Shown in pieces: positions 1 through 9,416 of a DNA stretch of 64,000 nucleotides. The stretch spans positions 11,222-75,221 of the forward strand of contig JAEUKX010000027.1 in NCBI GenBank assembly GCA_016794025.1, in the 5' to 3' direction. The number at the start of each line of letters is the position of its first letter. The first letter of the stretch is position 1. Below the pieces are notes generated by a model. The model was not told the origin of the DNA. It did not search any database and saw only the letters and a program-made list of their open reading frames with translations. This DNA comes from Rhodospirillales bacterium (lineage in GTDB: Bacteria; Pseudomonadota; Alphaproteobacteria; CACIAM-22H2). The position numbers and the translations under genes were made by a program.

Positions 1-479
1 TCATCACGCGCATGAAGTCGCAGAACGTCGCGGCGATCTACTTCGGCGGCCTGCACACCGAGGCGGCCCTTCTCGTGCGCCAGGCGCGCGAACAGGGCCT
101 CGGCGCGCAGCTCGTCTCGGGCGACGGCATCGTGTCGGCCGAGTTCGCGACGATCGCCGGCAAGGCTTCGGACGGCGTGATCATGACCTTCGACAGCGAC
201 CCCCGCAAGTCGCCGGGCGCCAAGCAGGTCGTCGAGAAGTTCATGAAGCAGGGCTACGATCCGGAAGGCTACACGCTGCTGTCGTACGCGGGCGTGCAGG
301 TCTTCGCGCAGGCCGCGAACAATGCCAAGTCCACAGGCGTCAAGGCGCTTGCCGCCGCCATGCACGGCAAGTCGTTCAACACCGTGATCGGCACGCTGAC
401 CTACGACAAGAAGGGCGACCTCACGAAGCCCAACTACGTCTTCTACGTCTGGAAGGACGGCAAGTACGCCCAGATGTAA
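1..479 (+). CDS. Branched-chain amino acid type ABC transporter substrate-binding protein (LivK/LivJ-like), C-terminal part; 5' end lies outside the window
   Basis: The frame of ORF 12..479 stays open to the window edge. The translation (VSGDGIVSAEFATIAGKASDGVIMTF...TLTYDKKGDL...YVWKDGKY) looks like a type I periplasmic binding protein C-terminus. A hairpin terminator follows. Confidence 0.7.
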   Translation, partial: ITRMKSQNVAAIYFGGLHTEAALLVRQAREQGLGAQLVSGDGIVSAEFATIAGKASDGVIMTFDSDPRKSPGAKQVVEKFMKQGYDPEGYTLLSYAGVQVFAQAANNAKSTGVKALAAAMHGKSFNTVIGTLTYDKKGDLTKPNYVFYVWKDGKYAQM

Positions 480-508
480 CCGGCGTCGATCGGGAAACCG
501 GTCGGAAA

Positions 509-536
509 GGGCCGCCTTCGGGCGGCCCTTTTTTTT
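509..536 (+). terminator. Rho-independent terminator
   Basis: GGGCCGCC-TTCG-GGCGGCCC stem-loop followed by a run of 8 T, 30 nt after the stop at 479. Confidence 0.85.
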
Positions 537-592
537 GGCGGCCTTGCGCGCCCCGGCGGAGCGGAAATGAGGTAACGGCGGGTGGACCCGCC

Positions 593-633
593 TTGACAAT
601 GCCGGACGCCGACTATGACAATCGTGTGACATA
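593..633. promoter_or_regulatory. Pho-box-like array / candidate promoter of the ugp-like operon
   Basis: TGACAAT (594-600), TGACAAT (616-622) and TGACATA (627-633) start 22 and 11 bp apart. Their complements (ATTGTCA, ATTGTCA, TATGTCA) all contain TGTCA, the core of the CTGTCAT PhoB half-site. TTGACA at 593-598 could alternatively be a -35 box. Confidence 0.4.
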
Positions 634-751
634 CGTCCCGCTCCGTCCTTCCGCGGTCCGATGCGGATTGTTCACGGATCGGCAAAGAAACGGTCCAAGA
701 CCGTCGCATATGAAAGTCGGCTCGACCGACACAAAAGGGGGAGAAGTCGCA

Positions 752-2131
752 ATGAGGCCGTCCAAGATTCTGTCCGCGGTCCTGCTTGCCGGCACGATGC
801 TGGTGGGCTCTGCTGCGGCAAGTTACGCCGAGGAAGTCGTCGTCAAGCTGTGGGCGCGCGCCGACCGCTCGGGCCCGCTGCGCGCGGGCAACATCGTGGC
901 CGCCGCCGACACGCTCAACATGGCGCTGAAGGCCGCGGGCTCCGACAAGACCGTGAAGGTCGAGGTCTTCGAGGGCCCGGCCACCGGCTACGATGCCGAC
1001 GCGCTCGACATCCTCAAGGCCTTCGCCGTCAATCGCGGGCCGGATGTCTATGTCGCCGCGCACGAATGGGTCGGCGAGTTCGCGAAGTCGGGCTACGCGA
1101 TGGACCTCGAGGCCTTCGTCAAGAAGAACGCCTGGGCGTTCGGCGATGTCGTGCCGGTCCTTTGGGAATCGACGAAGTACAACGGCAAGATCCACGCGAT
1201 CCCGCAGGATTCCGAGATCCGCATGTTCTTCTACAACAAGGACATGCTGCGCAAGATCGGCAAGAGCGAGGCCTTCGTCGACGGCCTGCCCGGCATGGTC
1301 GATCGCGGCGAGTTCACGATGCAGGACCTGTCCAACCTCGCCAAGGAGGTGGTCGACAAGGGTGCGGCGTCGATCGGCATGGTCCACCGGCCCAATGCCG
1401 GCCCGGACTATCTGATGACCTTCGCCGCCTTCGGCGCCAAGTGGATCGACGAGAAGACCGGCCAGCTCCTGCTGCCCAAGGCCGAGCTTCGCAAGGGTCT
1501 CGAGTGGTTCGCGTGGAACGCCGCCAACGGCGTGACGCCGAAGAACAACACGGCGATGAACTGGGACGAGATCCAGGGCGCCTTCAAGACCGAGAAGGCC
1601 TTCATCTATCACCAGGGCGTCTGGGCCGTCGGCGAGTGGATGCTGGGCGATGCCAAGGGCGCCACTTGGCCCAAGGATCAGGCGGGCTACTTCAAGAAGA
1701 TCGGCTGGCTGCATGCGCCGGCGGCGGTCAAGGGCGGACAGCCTGCGAACCTGTCGCACCCGATCGTCTACGTCGTCAATCCGAAGTCGAAGAACGCCGA
1801 GCTTGCTGCCACGCTCGTCGCCTACGCCTCGCTGCCGCACTTCAACACGCAGCATGCCGTGACGACGGCGCATACCGGCATCCTCAACGGCCAGCGCAGC
1901 ATCCCGTCCTACGAGAATGCCTGGTACCTCGCCGCGGCGACGCCGATGCTCGCGCGATCGACCTTCATTCCGAACCATCCGGAATTCGGTCGCTACAACG
2001 GCATCCTGTTCAAGGCGCTTCAGGGCGTCGAGACGGGACGGCTGACGCCGGCGAAGGCCATCGAGTTCCTCGAGGACGAGATGACCAACGAGCTGAAGGG
2101 CGCGGTCAAGGTCGTCGACAAGCTCGGCTGA
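752..2131 (+). CDS. ABC transporter substrate-binding protein (family 1, sugar / glycerol-phosphate type)
   Basis: ATG at 752 is preceded by AAAGGGGGAGA. The signal peptide MRPSKILSAVLLAGTMLVGSAAASYA is present, the length is 459 aa, and it is the first gene of an SBP-permease-permease-ATPase operon. Confidence 0.8.
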   Translation: MRPSKILSAVLLAGTMLVGSAAASYAEEVVVKLWARADRSGPLRAGNIVAAADTLNMALKAAGSDKTVKVEVFEGPATGYDADALDILKAFAVNRGPDVYVAAHEWVGEFAKSGYAMDLEAFVKKNAWAFGDVVPVLWESTKYNGKIHAIPQDSEIRMFFYNKDMLRKIGKSEAFVDGLPGMVDRGEFTMQDLSNLAKEVVDKGAASIGMVHRPNAGPDYLMTFAAFGAKWIDEKTGQLLLPKAELRKGLEWFAWNAANGVTPKNNTAMNWDEIQGAFKTEKAFIYHQGVWAVGEWMLGDAKGATWPKDQAGYFKKIGWLHAPAAVKGGQPANLSHPIVYVVNPKSKNAELAATLVAYASLPHFNTQHAVTTAHTGILNGQRSIPSYENAWYLAAATPMLARSTFIPNHPEFGRYNGILFKALQGVETGRLTPAKAIEFLEDEMTNELKGAVKVVDKLG

Positions 2132-2153
2132 TCTGTCGCCTGCGGTCACGACC

Positions 2154-3065
2154 GTGCATCCGTCGAGCGCGAGACTGAGGCAGGGCGTCGACCGGGTCCT
2201 TTTCCTGGGCCCGGCGACGCTCCTGCTTTTCGCGTTCTTCGTGCTGCCGGTCGTGGTCGACATCGCCATCGCCTTCACCGACATGAGCCGGAACCTCAAG
2301 GTTTCCGGCTTCACGACCGAGCATTTCCAGCGGATGTTCGGTGGCGATTCGAGGCTTGCGAGCGTCATGCTCGTCACGCTGTTCTACGTGCTGGGCACGC
2401 TCTCGATCTTCAACGTCACCTACGGGCTTCTGCTGGCCCTGATGACGACGGCACTGCCCGACCGGATGGGCGCCTTCTTCCGTGCCATCTGGTTCCTGCC
2501 GCGGATGAGCCCTTCGGTGGTCTATGCGCTGCTGTGGTCGTGGGTGGTGGCGCCCACGGATTACGGCCTGCTCAACCAGGCCGTCGGCCTGTTCGGCATT
2601 CCGCCGCTCGATCCGAAAAGCTCGACGCCGATGCTCGTCGTCATCCTGTCGAACGGGTTCATCGGCGCGTCCTTCGGCATGATCATCTTCACGAGCGCCA
2701 TCCGGTCGATCCCGCAGCACCTGTTCCATGCCGCGCGCGCCGACGGGGCAGGGGGGCTCGCGATCGTGCGGCACATCACGCTGCCCGCGATCCGCTGGCA
2801 GCTCAGCTTCGTCACCATCTACCAGGCGCTCGCCCTTCTGGTGAGCTTCGAATACATCTGGCTGATCACGAACGGCGGCCCGTTCTTCGATACCACCGTC
2901 TATGCGCTCTATGTCTACCGCCGCGCGTTCGAGAACGGGCAGTACGCCTACGGTGCCGCCCTCTCGCTCGGTCTCGTCGTGGCCGGCACGATCGTCTCGC
3001 TCGTGCTGTGGCGCTTCTTCGACATGAAGGCGCTGCTGCAGCGCCCGCGCATCGAGGTCACATGA
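2154..3065 (+). CDS. ABC transporter permease (MalF/UgpA-like)
   Basis: 303 aa, multiple hydrophobic helices, binding-protein-dependent transport inner-membrane-component-like region (IRSIPQHLFHAARADGAG). Confidence 0.8.
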   Translation: MHPSSARLRQGVDRVLFLGPATLLLFAFFVLPVVVDIAIAFTDMSRNLKVSGFTTEHFQRMFGGDSRLASVMLVTLFYVLGTLSIFNVTYGLLLALMTTALPDRMGAFFRAIWFLPRMSPSVVYALLWSWVVAPTDYGLLNQAVGLFGIPPLDPKSSTPMLVVILSNGFIGASFGMIIFTSAIRSIPQHLFHAARADGAGGLAIVRHITLPAIRWQLSFVTIYQALALLVSFEYIWLITNGGPFFDTTVYALYVYRRAFENGQYAYGAALSLGLVVAGTIVSLVLWRFFDMKALLQRPRIEVT

Positions 3066-4126
3066 CCGCCGCCATTGCCGCCGGACGGCCGGACTGGGAC
3101 GCACTGGCCACGCGCGCGCGCAAGCGCCGGCGCGCGACGACCGCGCTGCTCTACTGCGTGCTCGTGCTGGGCTCTCTGCCGGTCGTCGTTCCGTACCTGT
3201 GGCTCCTGACCGTCGCGGTATCGGGGCGGATGGGGGCATCGACCGTCGTTCTCTGGCGGACACTGGCAGTCGTGATGCCGGCACTCGTCCTGTGGTCGAT
3301 CCTGCGGCTCGCGGTCGAGGATGCGCGCCGGCTGCGGCTCTTCGAGTTCTCGCTCGGGGCGGTCACACTGCTTGTCCTTGGCGCCGTCATCGGCCCCTAT
3401 CTTCACGCCGACAATTTCCGTTTCCTTTGGAACGCGAACATCGCCGACACGCTCAAGGGTGCGGGTGGGGTCGGCAACCGTTATCCCAGCGTCTGGGTGG
3501 CGTTCGGCAACTCGCTGATGCTCGCGGGCACGCAGATGGTTCTTGTCGTCGTCACGAGCACGTTCGCGGGCTACTACCTGTCGCGCTTCGATTTCCGCGG
3601 CCGCGGCGGCTATCTCAAGGGCCTGCTCATCCTGCACGCGTTCCCGGCGATGTCGCTGATCGTGCCGATCTTCCTCATCATGTACTGGGTCGGGCTGATG
3701 GACACGCTGACGGGCGTCGTTCTCGTCATCGTGGCGCTGGAGCTGCCTTTCGCGATCTTCGTGATGAAGGGTTTCTTCGATGCCGTGCCCTGGGACATCG
3801 AGATGAGCGCCATGACCGACGGCGCCTCGCGCCGTCAGGCCTTCTTCCTCGTCGTGCTGCCGCAGGTGAAGGTGGGCATGATTGCGGTGGCGGTGTTCGC
3901 CTTCCTTCGCGGCTGGGAAGAGTACGTCTTCGTGCGCACGCTCATCTTCGCCAATTCGAACTGGACGATGAGCCTCTACCTGTTCTGGATGCAGGACGAC
4001 ATCATGGGCACGGACTATGCGATGGTCTCCGCGATGGGGTTATTCTACGTGCTGCCGTCGATCGTGCTCTACACGCTGTGCCAGAAGTACCTCACGCAGA
4101 TGTCGGTCGGCGGCATCAAGGGCTAG
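3062..4126 (+). CDS. ABC transporter permease (MalG/UgpE-like) with an extended N-terminus
   Basis: ATG at 3062 overlaps the upstream stop (ATGA). Contains an EAA-like loop (IEMSAMTDGASRRQAFFLVVLPQ). The part of ORF 2534..4126 upstream of 3062 overlaps the previous gene and is discarded. Confidence 0.8.
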   Translation: MTAAIAAGRPDWDALATRARKRRRATTALLYCVLVLGSLPVVVPYLWLLTVAVSGRMGASTVVLWRTLAVVMPALVLWSILRLAVEDARRLRLFEFSLGAVTLLVLGAVIGPYLHADNFRFLWNANIADTLKGAGGVGNRYPSVWVAFGNSLMLAGTQMVLVVVTSTFAGYYLSRFDFRGRGGYLKGLLILHAFPAMSLIVPIFLIMYWVGLMDTLTGVVLVIVALELPFAIFVMKGFFDAVPWDIEMSAMTDGASRRQAFFLVVLPQVKVGMIAVAVFAFLRGWEEYVFVRTLIFANSNWTMSLYLFWMQDDIMGTDYAMVSAMGLFYVLPSIVLYTLCQKYLTQMSVGGIKG

Positions 4127-4130
4127 GAAG

Positions 4131-5189
4131 ATGGCGAAGATCGAGCTGCGCAGGGTTGCGAAGAGCTGGGGCGAGGTGGCGGCGGTCGAGCCGACCGACC
4201 TGACCATCGGCGACGGCGAGTTCGTCGCGATCCTCGGGCCCTCGGGGTGCGGCAAGTCGACGACGCTTTTCATGCTCGCGGGAATCTACACGCCCACGGG
4301 CGGCGACATCCTGTTCGACGGGCAGCGCGTCAACGATGTCGAGGCGCGCGACCGCAACGTGGGCATCGTCTTCCAGTCCTATGCGCTCTACCCCAACATG
4401 AGCGTGCGCGACAACATCCTGTTCCCGCTGCGTTTCAAGGACGTCGACAAGGCGGCTGCCGCCGCGCGCGCCGATGCGGCGGCCCGGCTGGTGCAGGTGC
4501 ACGAACTGATGGATCGCCGGCCGGGGCAGCTTTCAGGCGGCCAGCAGCAGCGCGTGGCTCTGGCGCGCGCGCTCGTCAAGGAGCCCCAGCTCCTGCTGCT
4601 CGACGAGCCGCTCTCGAACCTCGATGCGTCGCTGCGGCTGACGATGCGCAGCGAAATCCGCTCCCTCCAACGCAAGCTCGGCGTGACGACGCTGCTCGTC
4701 ACGCACGACCAGATCGAGGCGACGACGATGGCCGACCGTGTCATCTGCATGAGTCGCGGGCGGATCGAGCAGGTCGGCACGGCCGAAGATCTTTACCACC
4801 GGCCGAACAGCGTTTTCGTGGCCGGATTCATCGGTTCGCCGCCGATCAACCTCCTGGCATGCAGCGTCGACGCAGGTACGCTGCGCGTGGGCGAGGCGAA
4901 GCTGCGCGCCACGGGCGGAGCCGGCGAATGCGTGCTCGGCGTGAGGCCGGAATCGGTGGCGCTCGGGACCGGACCCTTCCGCGGTCGGGTGGGCGACCTC
5001 GAGCCGCACGGGCGCGAGACGATCTACCATCTGGAGACTGCGCTGGGTCCGTTGCGGGCGCTTGAGGCCGGGGCAAGCGCGCGTTTCCGTCTTGGCGACG
5101 AGGTTTCCTTCGCGATCTCTGCCACGCTGCTCTTCGATGCGCGCACGACGCGCCGGATCGAGGGGGCGGGCGCGGATATGCCGGCATGA
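4131..5189 (+). CDS. ABC transporter ATP-binding protein (UgpC/MalK-like)
   Basis: Walker [10 protein letters not shown], signature [15 protein letters not shown], Walker [10 protein letters not shown], and a C-terminal MalK-type regulatory domain. ATG at 4131 follows GGAAG. Confidence 0.9.
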   Translation: MAKIELRRVAKSWGEVAAVEPTDLTIGDGEFVAILGPSGCGKSTTLFMLAGIYTPTGGDILFDGQRVNDVEARDRNVGIVFQSYALYPNMSVRDNILFPLRFKDVDKAAAAARADAAARLVQVHELMDRRPGQLSGGQQQRVALARALVKEPQLLLLDEPLSNLDASLRLTMRSEIRSLQRKLGVTTLLVTHDQIEATTMADRVICMSRGRIEQVGTAEDLYHRPNSVFVAGFIGSPPINLLACSVDAGTLRVGEAKLRATGGAGECVLGVRPESVALGTGPFRGRVGDLEPHGRETIYHLETALGPLRALEAGASARFRLGDEVSFAISATLLFDARTTRRIEGAGADMPA

Positions 5190-6013
5190 GGCTGCGCGTT
5201 CCGCGGCTCAAATGGCACATGCTGCGTCGTCGCAAGGCCGACCCGGGCCACCTGCGCGCGAACCTCGGTGCGGCGCTGGCGGCGGGTGCGGCCTGCGAGG
5301 TCGATCTGCGCTTTTCGGCAGATGGCCATGCCTTCTGCCTGCATGACGCAACGCTTGACCGCGAGACGACCGGTACGGGGCCGGCCGACCGGTTGTCGCG
5401 CGGCGAGATCGAGCGGCTGCGCCAGCGCGCGCCCGACGGCCGGGTGACCGGGGAGGCGCCGCTTTTCCTGGACGAGGTGGCGGATGCCGTGCGCCGCCGC
5501 GGCCGGGACGGGGCCGGGCTTGTGCAGCTTGACGTGAAGGCGGCGGTCGACGCGCTCGACGCGGCCAGGCTCGAGCGGCTGCGCGCGACGCTGGGCGACG
5601 TCTCGCGACGCTTTGTTGCCGGCGCGTGCGACTGGCGAATGCCCAAGCGGCTCGCCGCGGCCATTCCGGGGCTTCAGGCCGGTTTCGACCCGCTCGATTT
5701 CTATCCGCGCTCGATGCCGCAGGGCGCAGCTGCGTTCCGCGCGCTTGGCGAACGGACGGTCGCGACCGCGCCGGATGCGTCGATCTACTATCTCGAGGCC
5801 GATCTGGTGCTCGCCGGTCTGGCCGAGGGCGTCAATCTCGTCGAGATGGTGCGGCGAGGCGGTGCCGAGGTCGACGCCTGGACGATCGATGCCGACCGGC
5901 CGGATCTGCGGACACTTCTCGGGAAGATCGTGCGCGCCGGGGCAACGCAGATCACCAGCAACGACCCCGATATTCTCGCTCCCCTGCTTGAGGAAATCTG
6001 CGCATGCGCGTGA
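5186..6013 (+). CDS. Glycerophosphodiester phosphodiesterase family protein (UgpQ-like position in the operon)
   Basis: ATGA overlap with the ATPase stop. The segment EVDLRFSADGHAFCLHDATLDRETTG matches the central GDPD motif (E-x-D ... HD..L.R.T). The N-terminal HRG/ENT motif is not obvious. Confidence 0.65.
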   Translation: MRLRVPRLKWHMLRRRKADPGHLRANLGAALAAGAACEVDLRFSADGHAFCLHDATLDRETTGTGPADRLSRGEIERLRQRAPDGRVTGEAPLFLDEVADAVRRRGRDGAGLVQLDVKAAVDALDAARLERLRATLGDVSRRFVAGACDWRMPKRLAAAIPGLQAGFDPLDFYPRSMPQGAAAFRALGERTVATAPDASIYYLEADLVLAGLAEGVNLVEMVRRGGAEVDAWTIDADRPDLRTLLGKIVRAGATQITSNDPDILAPLLEEICACA

Positions 6014-7059
6014 CGAAGACGACCGGCGGCCTCTCCCTGCCATCGACCGCGGAACGGGCGGCGGTTCTTTCGGCCCCTGTCGTCGAGACGAGTTTCAGGA
6101 CGGCATTCGACTCGTTCGCGGCGCTCCATGCGGTCGAGGTCCGTGCGCCAGAGGCGCCGCGCAAGCTCGGTGCGCATGCGCGCATCGCGTTCTGGAATGC
6201 CGAGCGCCTGAAGTACGAGGCGGCGTCCGCGCGGCTTCTCGTCGGGCTCGAAGCCGACGTGCTGATGCTGTGCGAACTCGACCTTGGCATGGTGCGCTCG
6301 GGCAACCGCCACACGATTCGCGATCTGGCCGATACGCTGGGGCAGGGGTACGTCTTCGGGGCGGAGTTCGTCGAACTGGGTCTTGGCGATCTGCGCGAAC
6401 AGAAGGCTTTCGCCGGACAGGCAAACTCGGCCGGTCTGCATGGCGGGGGCTTCGTTTCGGGCGCGGCGCTCGAACGGCCGGCGCTCGTGCGGCTCGAGAC
6501 ATCCGGCCGCTGGTTCGACGGCGCCTTCCATGAACGGCGCGTGGGCGGACGCATCGCGATGCTGGCGGAGATCCGTCTGGCGGACGCCCGCGTGCTGCTG
6601 GCTTCCGTCCACTATGAAAGCCACACCGGACCGGCCGACCGCCTGCTGCAGACCGAGAAGATGCTCGACGAGATCGACGCGCACTCGCCCGGCATTCCCG
6701 TGCTGATCGGCGGCGATTTCAATACCAACACGCACGAACGCGAGGAGCGCGCCGTTCCGGGGACCGTCGAGAAGTCGCTGGCCGCCGACCCGCGCCGCCT
6801 GCAGGCGCCGATGGCCTACGAGCCGATGTTCGACCTGCTGAAGCGTCGCGGCTATGGCTGGAATGCCTGCAACGACATGGATGCGCCCACACAACGTACG
6901 CGGCCGGACGGCACGCCCAAGCCGCCCTTCGGCAAGATCGACTGGCTGTTCTCGCGCGGGCTCAAATGCAGCACGCCTGCGACGGTTGCCGCCGTCGACT
7001 CGAAGGGTGACGCGATCTCGGACCACGAGGTTCTTGCCGTCACCATCGCGCTCGCTTAG
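6004..7059 (+). CDS. Endonuclease/exonuclease/phosphatase (EEP) family phosphoesterase
   Basis: Overlaps the GDPD gene by 10 nt. EEP-like motifs: FWNAERL, LCELD, GGDFNTN, and SDHEVL near the C-terminus. Confidence 0.7.
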   Translation: MRVTKTTGGLSLPSTAERAAVLSAPVVETSFRTAFDSFAALHAVEVRAPEAPRKLGAHARIAFWNAERLKYEAASARLLVGLEADVLMLCELDLGMVRSGNRHTIRDLADTLGQGYVFGAEFVELGLGDLREQKAFAGQANSAGLHGGGFVSGAALERPALVRLETSGRWFDGAFHERRVGGRIAMLAEIRLADARVLLASVHYESHTGPADRLLQTEKMLDEIDAHSPGIPVLIGGDFNTNTHEREERAVPGTVEKSLAADPRRLQAPMAYEPMFDLLKRRGYGWNACNDMDAPTQRTRPDGTPKPPFGKIDWLFSRGLKCSTPATVAAVDSKGDAISDHEVLAVTIALA

Positions 7060-7064
7060 CGCCT

Positions 7065-7082
7065 GATTCCGCGCCCGGAATC
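7065..7082 (+). terminator. Hairpin after the EEP gene (possible weak terminator; no T-tract)
   Basis: GATTCCG-CGCC-CGGAATC, 6 nt after the stop at 7059. Also carries two GANTC sites. Confidence 0.3.
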
Positions 7083-7216
7083 GGGCCTGCCGAGCGTCGG
7101 ATCAAGTGACATCCTGTCTTTGTACGCCCAAGGGGCGTCGCAGGCCGGGTCTCGTTATTCAATTGATATTGTTTGATAAATTTCGATCCAGTTAATTGCG
7201 GAGAATGCCGGCGGAG

Positions 7217-7234
7217 CTGTCATAAATCGGCAAT
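7217..7234 (+). promoter_or_regulatory. Pho box candidate upstream of pstS
   Basis: CTGTCAT-AAAT-CGGCAAT: the first half is a perfect CTGTCAT and the second matches 4/7. It lies about 70-88 nt upstream of the pstS start, after an AT-rich tract (7155-7200). Confidence 0.55.
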
Positions 7235-7304
7235 GACCCATTGGTAAGCAGGGGGCGTCGCAATGTTCCGCAAGGGCACATGGGTGCCCGAAAAGGAGAG
7301 CCCC

Positions 7305-8351
7305 GTGAAATTCTCGAAGATCTTCCTGATCGCAGCGACGCTGGCCGCGACGGCCACCGCCGCTTCGGCAGCCGACATTTCCGGTGCGGGCGCCACGTTC
7401 CCGTACCCGATCTATGCGAAGTGGGCGGATGCCTACAAGAAGGAGACCGGCATCGGTCTCAACTACCAGTCCATCGGTTCGGGCGGCGGCATCAAGCAGA
7501 TCAAGGCCAAGACCGTCACGTTTGGCGCCTCTGATGCGCCGCTCTCGGGCAAGGATCTCGACGAGACGGGTCTAGCGCAGTTTCCGATGGTGATGGGCGC
7601 GATCGTCCCGGTCGTCAATCTCGACGGCGTCAAGCCGGGCGAACTCGTCCTCGACGGCGTCACGATCGCCCGGCTCTATCTGGGCGAAATCAAGAAGTGG
7701 GATGACCCGGCGATCGCCAAGCTCAATCCGGGCGTCAAGCTGCCCTCGCAGGCGGTGGCACTCGTCTACCGTTCCGACGGTTCGGGCACGACGTACAACT
7801 TCACCTACTACCTGTCCGACGTTTCGGCCGACTGGAAGGCGAAGGTCGGCACGAACACGGCCGTCCAGTGGCCCGCCGGCATCGGCGCCAAGGGCAACGA
7901 AGGCGTCTCGGTCAATGTCGCGCAGACCAAGGGCGCGCTCGGCTATGTCGAATACGCCTACGCCAAGCAGAACAACCTGACCTTCGCCAAGATGGTCAAC
8001 AAAGCCGGCAAGATCGTGATGCCGGGCTCGGCGTCGATCCAGGCGGCCGCGGCCAGCGCCGACTGGCATTCCCAGCCGGGTTACGGCGTGATCCTCGCGA
8101 ACCAGCCCGGCGACGGCTCGTGGCCGATGACCGCGGCAACGTGGATCCTCGTCTACAAGAAGCCGTCCGACGTCAACGCGGTGCGCGAGGCGCTGAAGTT
8201 CTTCTCCTGGGCCTATGCGAAGGGTCCGAAGATGGCGGACGATCTCGACTACGTGCCGATGCCCGCTTCGGTCACCGCCGACGTCCACAAGATGTGGGTG
8301 ACGGATATCAAGGACGCGAATGGCCGCCCGGTGTTCGCGCTGACGAACTGA
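7305..8351 (+). CDS. pstS: Phosphate ABC transporter substrate-binding protein PstS
   Basis: GTG at 7305 lies 6 nt after AAGGAG. Signal peptide [21 protein letters not shown]; [15 protein letters not shown] and [11 protein letters not shown] motifs typical of PstS. Confidence 0.93.
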   Translation: MKFSKIFLIAATLAATATAASAADISGAGATFPYPIYAKWADAYKKETGIGLNYQSIGSGGGIKQIKAKTVTFGASDAPLSGKDLDETGLAQFPMVMGAIVPVVNLDGVKPGELVLDGVTIARLYLGEIKKWDDPAIAKLNPGVKLPSQAVALVYRSDGSGTTYNFTYYLSDVSADWKAKVGTNTAVQWPAGIGAKGNEGVSVNVAQTKGALGYVEYAYAKQNNLTFAKMVNKAGKIVMPGSASIQAAAASADWHSQPGYGVILANQPGDGSWPMTAATWILVYKKPSDVNAVREALKFFSWAYAKGPKMADDLDYVPMPASVTADVHKMWVTDIKDANGRPVFALTN

Positions 8352-8366
8352 GCAACGCAGGTCGGG

Positions 8367-9416
8367 ATGGCGTCGCGGGGCGCCATCCCGATACTTCGGC
8401 AATACGGGAGAAGAACGCTGACGCAGTCCCTGGCAGATCCGGCCTCGATCCCCGGCGCCCCCGCGCCGACCGACCGGCGGACCGCGCGTCTCAACCGCCT
8501 GCGGGCGGGCGATGCGCTCTTCCGCCGGATGACGCGTGCCGCCGCGCTCGGCGTGCTCCTCCTCCTTGGCGGCGTGATCGTCTCCCTCCTTGTCGGTTCG
8601 ACACCCGCATTCCTGGCATTCGGCCCCGGCTTCGTGACGGCCGAGGTCTGGAACCCCGTCACCGACCAGTTCGGCGCGCTTGCCCCCATTCACGGCACAC
8701 TCGTCACGTCGGCCATCGCGATGCTGATCGCCGTGCCGATCGGCATCATGATCGCCTTCTTCCTGACCGAACTGTGCCCCATGGCGCTGCGCCGGCCGAT
8801 CGGCATGGCGATCGAGCTTCTCGCGGGCGTGCCCAGCATCATCTACGGCATCTGGGGCCTCTTCGTCTTCGCGCCGTTCCTGCAGAAGTACGTGCAGCCG
8901 CTCATCATCGCGACGTTCGAGAACGTGCCGCTCCTGTCCGACCTTTTCGCCGGCCCGCCCTATGGCATCGGCGTCCTCACGGCGGGGCTGATCCTCGCGA
9001 TCATGGTGCTTCCGTTCGTGACCGCCATTTCGCGTGACGTGTTCGATTCCGTGCCGCCCGTGATGAAGGAAGCGGCCTACGGGCTCGGCTGCACGAGGTG
9101 GGAGGTGTTCCGCTCGGTCATTCTGCCCTACACGCGCGTCGGCGTGATCGGCGGCGTGATGCTCGGCCTCGGCCGCGCGCTGGGCGAGACGATGGCCGTG
9201 ACGTTCGTGATCGGCAATGCGCACCGCATCTCCGCCTCCGTGCTGGCGCCCGGAACGACGATTTCCGCCTCGATCGCGAACGAGTTCACGGAAGCGGTCG
9301 GCGACATCTACACCTCCTCGCTGATCGCGCTTGGCCTGATCCTTTTCGCGATCACGTTCGCCGTGCTTTCGGCCGCGCGTCTGATGCTCGCGCGTCTCGA
9401 CAGGGGCAAGTCATGA
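8367..9416 (+). CDS. pstC: Phosphate ABC transporter permease PstC
   Basis: [27 protein letters not shown]...YGTLVTS-like segments align with the E. coli PstC layout. The exact start is uncertain. Confidence 0.9.
   Translation: MASRGAIPILRQYGRRTLTQSLADPASIPGAPAPTDRRTARLNRLRAGDALFRRMTRAAALGVLLLLGGVIVSLLVGSTPAFLAFGPGFVTAEVWNPVTDQFGALAPIHGTLVTSAIAMLIAVPIGIMIAFFLTELCPMALRRPIGMAIELLAGVPSIIYGIWGLFVFAPFLQKYVQPLIIATFENVPLLSDLFAGPPYGIGVLTAGLILAIMVLPFVTAISRDVFDSVPPVMKEAAYGLGCTRWEVFRSVILPYTRVGVIGGVMLGLGRALGETMAVTFVIGNAHRISASVLAPGTTISASIANEFTEAVGDIYTSSLIALGLILFAITFAVLSAARLMLARLDRGKS

Noticed and set aside
443-2377. Very long antisense or overlapping ORFs throughout the window (for example 443..2377 -, 7572..9224 -, 16540..19305 +, 20651..22399 -, 55001..57139 +, 59728..61371 -).
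   Set aside because: Their translations are Arg/Ala/Pro/Gly-rich and low in complexity with no recognisable motifs. Each lies opposite or out of frame to an ORF with clear family signatures. Long stop-free antisense frames are expected in GC-rich DNA.
2534-3061. N-terminal extensions given by the ORF track for many genes (for example 2534..4126, 4017..5189, 9098..10270, 10170..11849, 11006..12541, 33741..35405, 43054..44007, 55292..57406).
   Set aside because: The extensions overlap the preceding gene in another frame and are low in complexity. Internal ATG/GTG codons with an RBS or ATGA/GTGA coupling give proteins of the expected family length.
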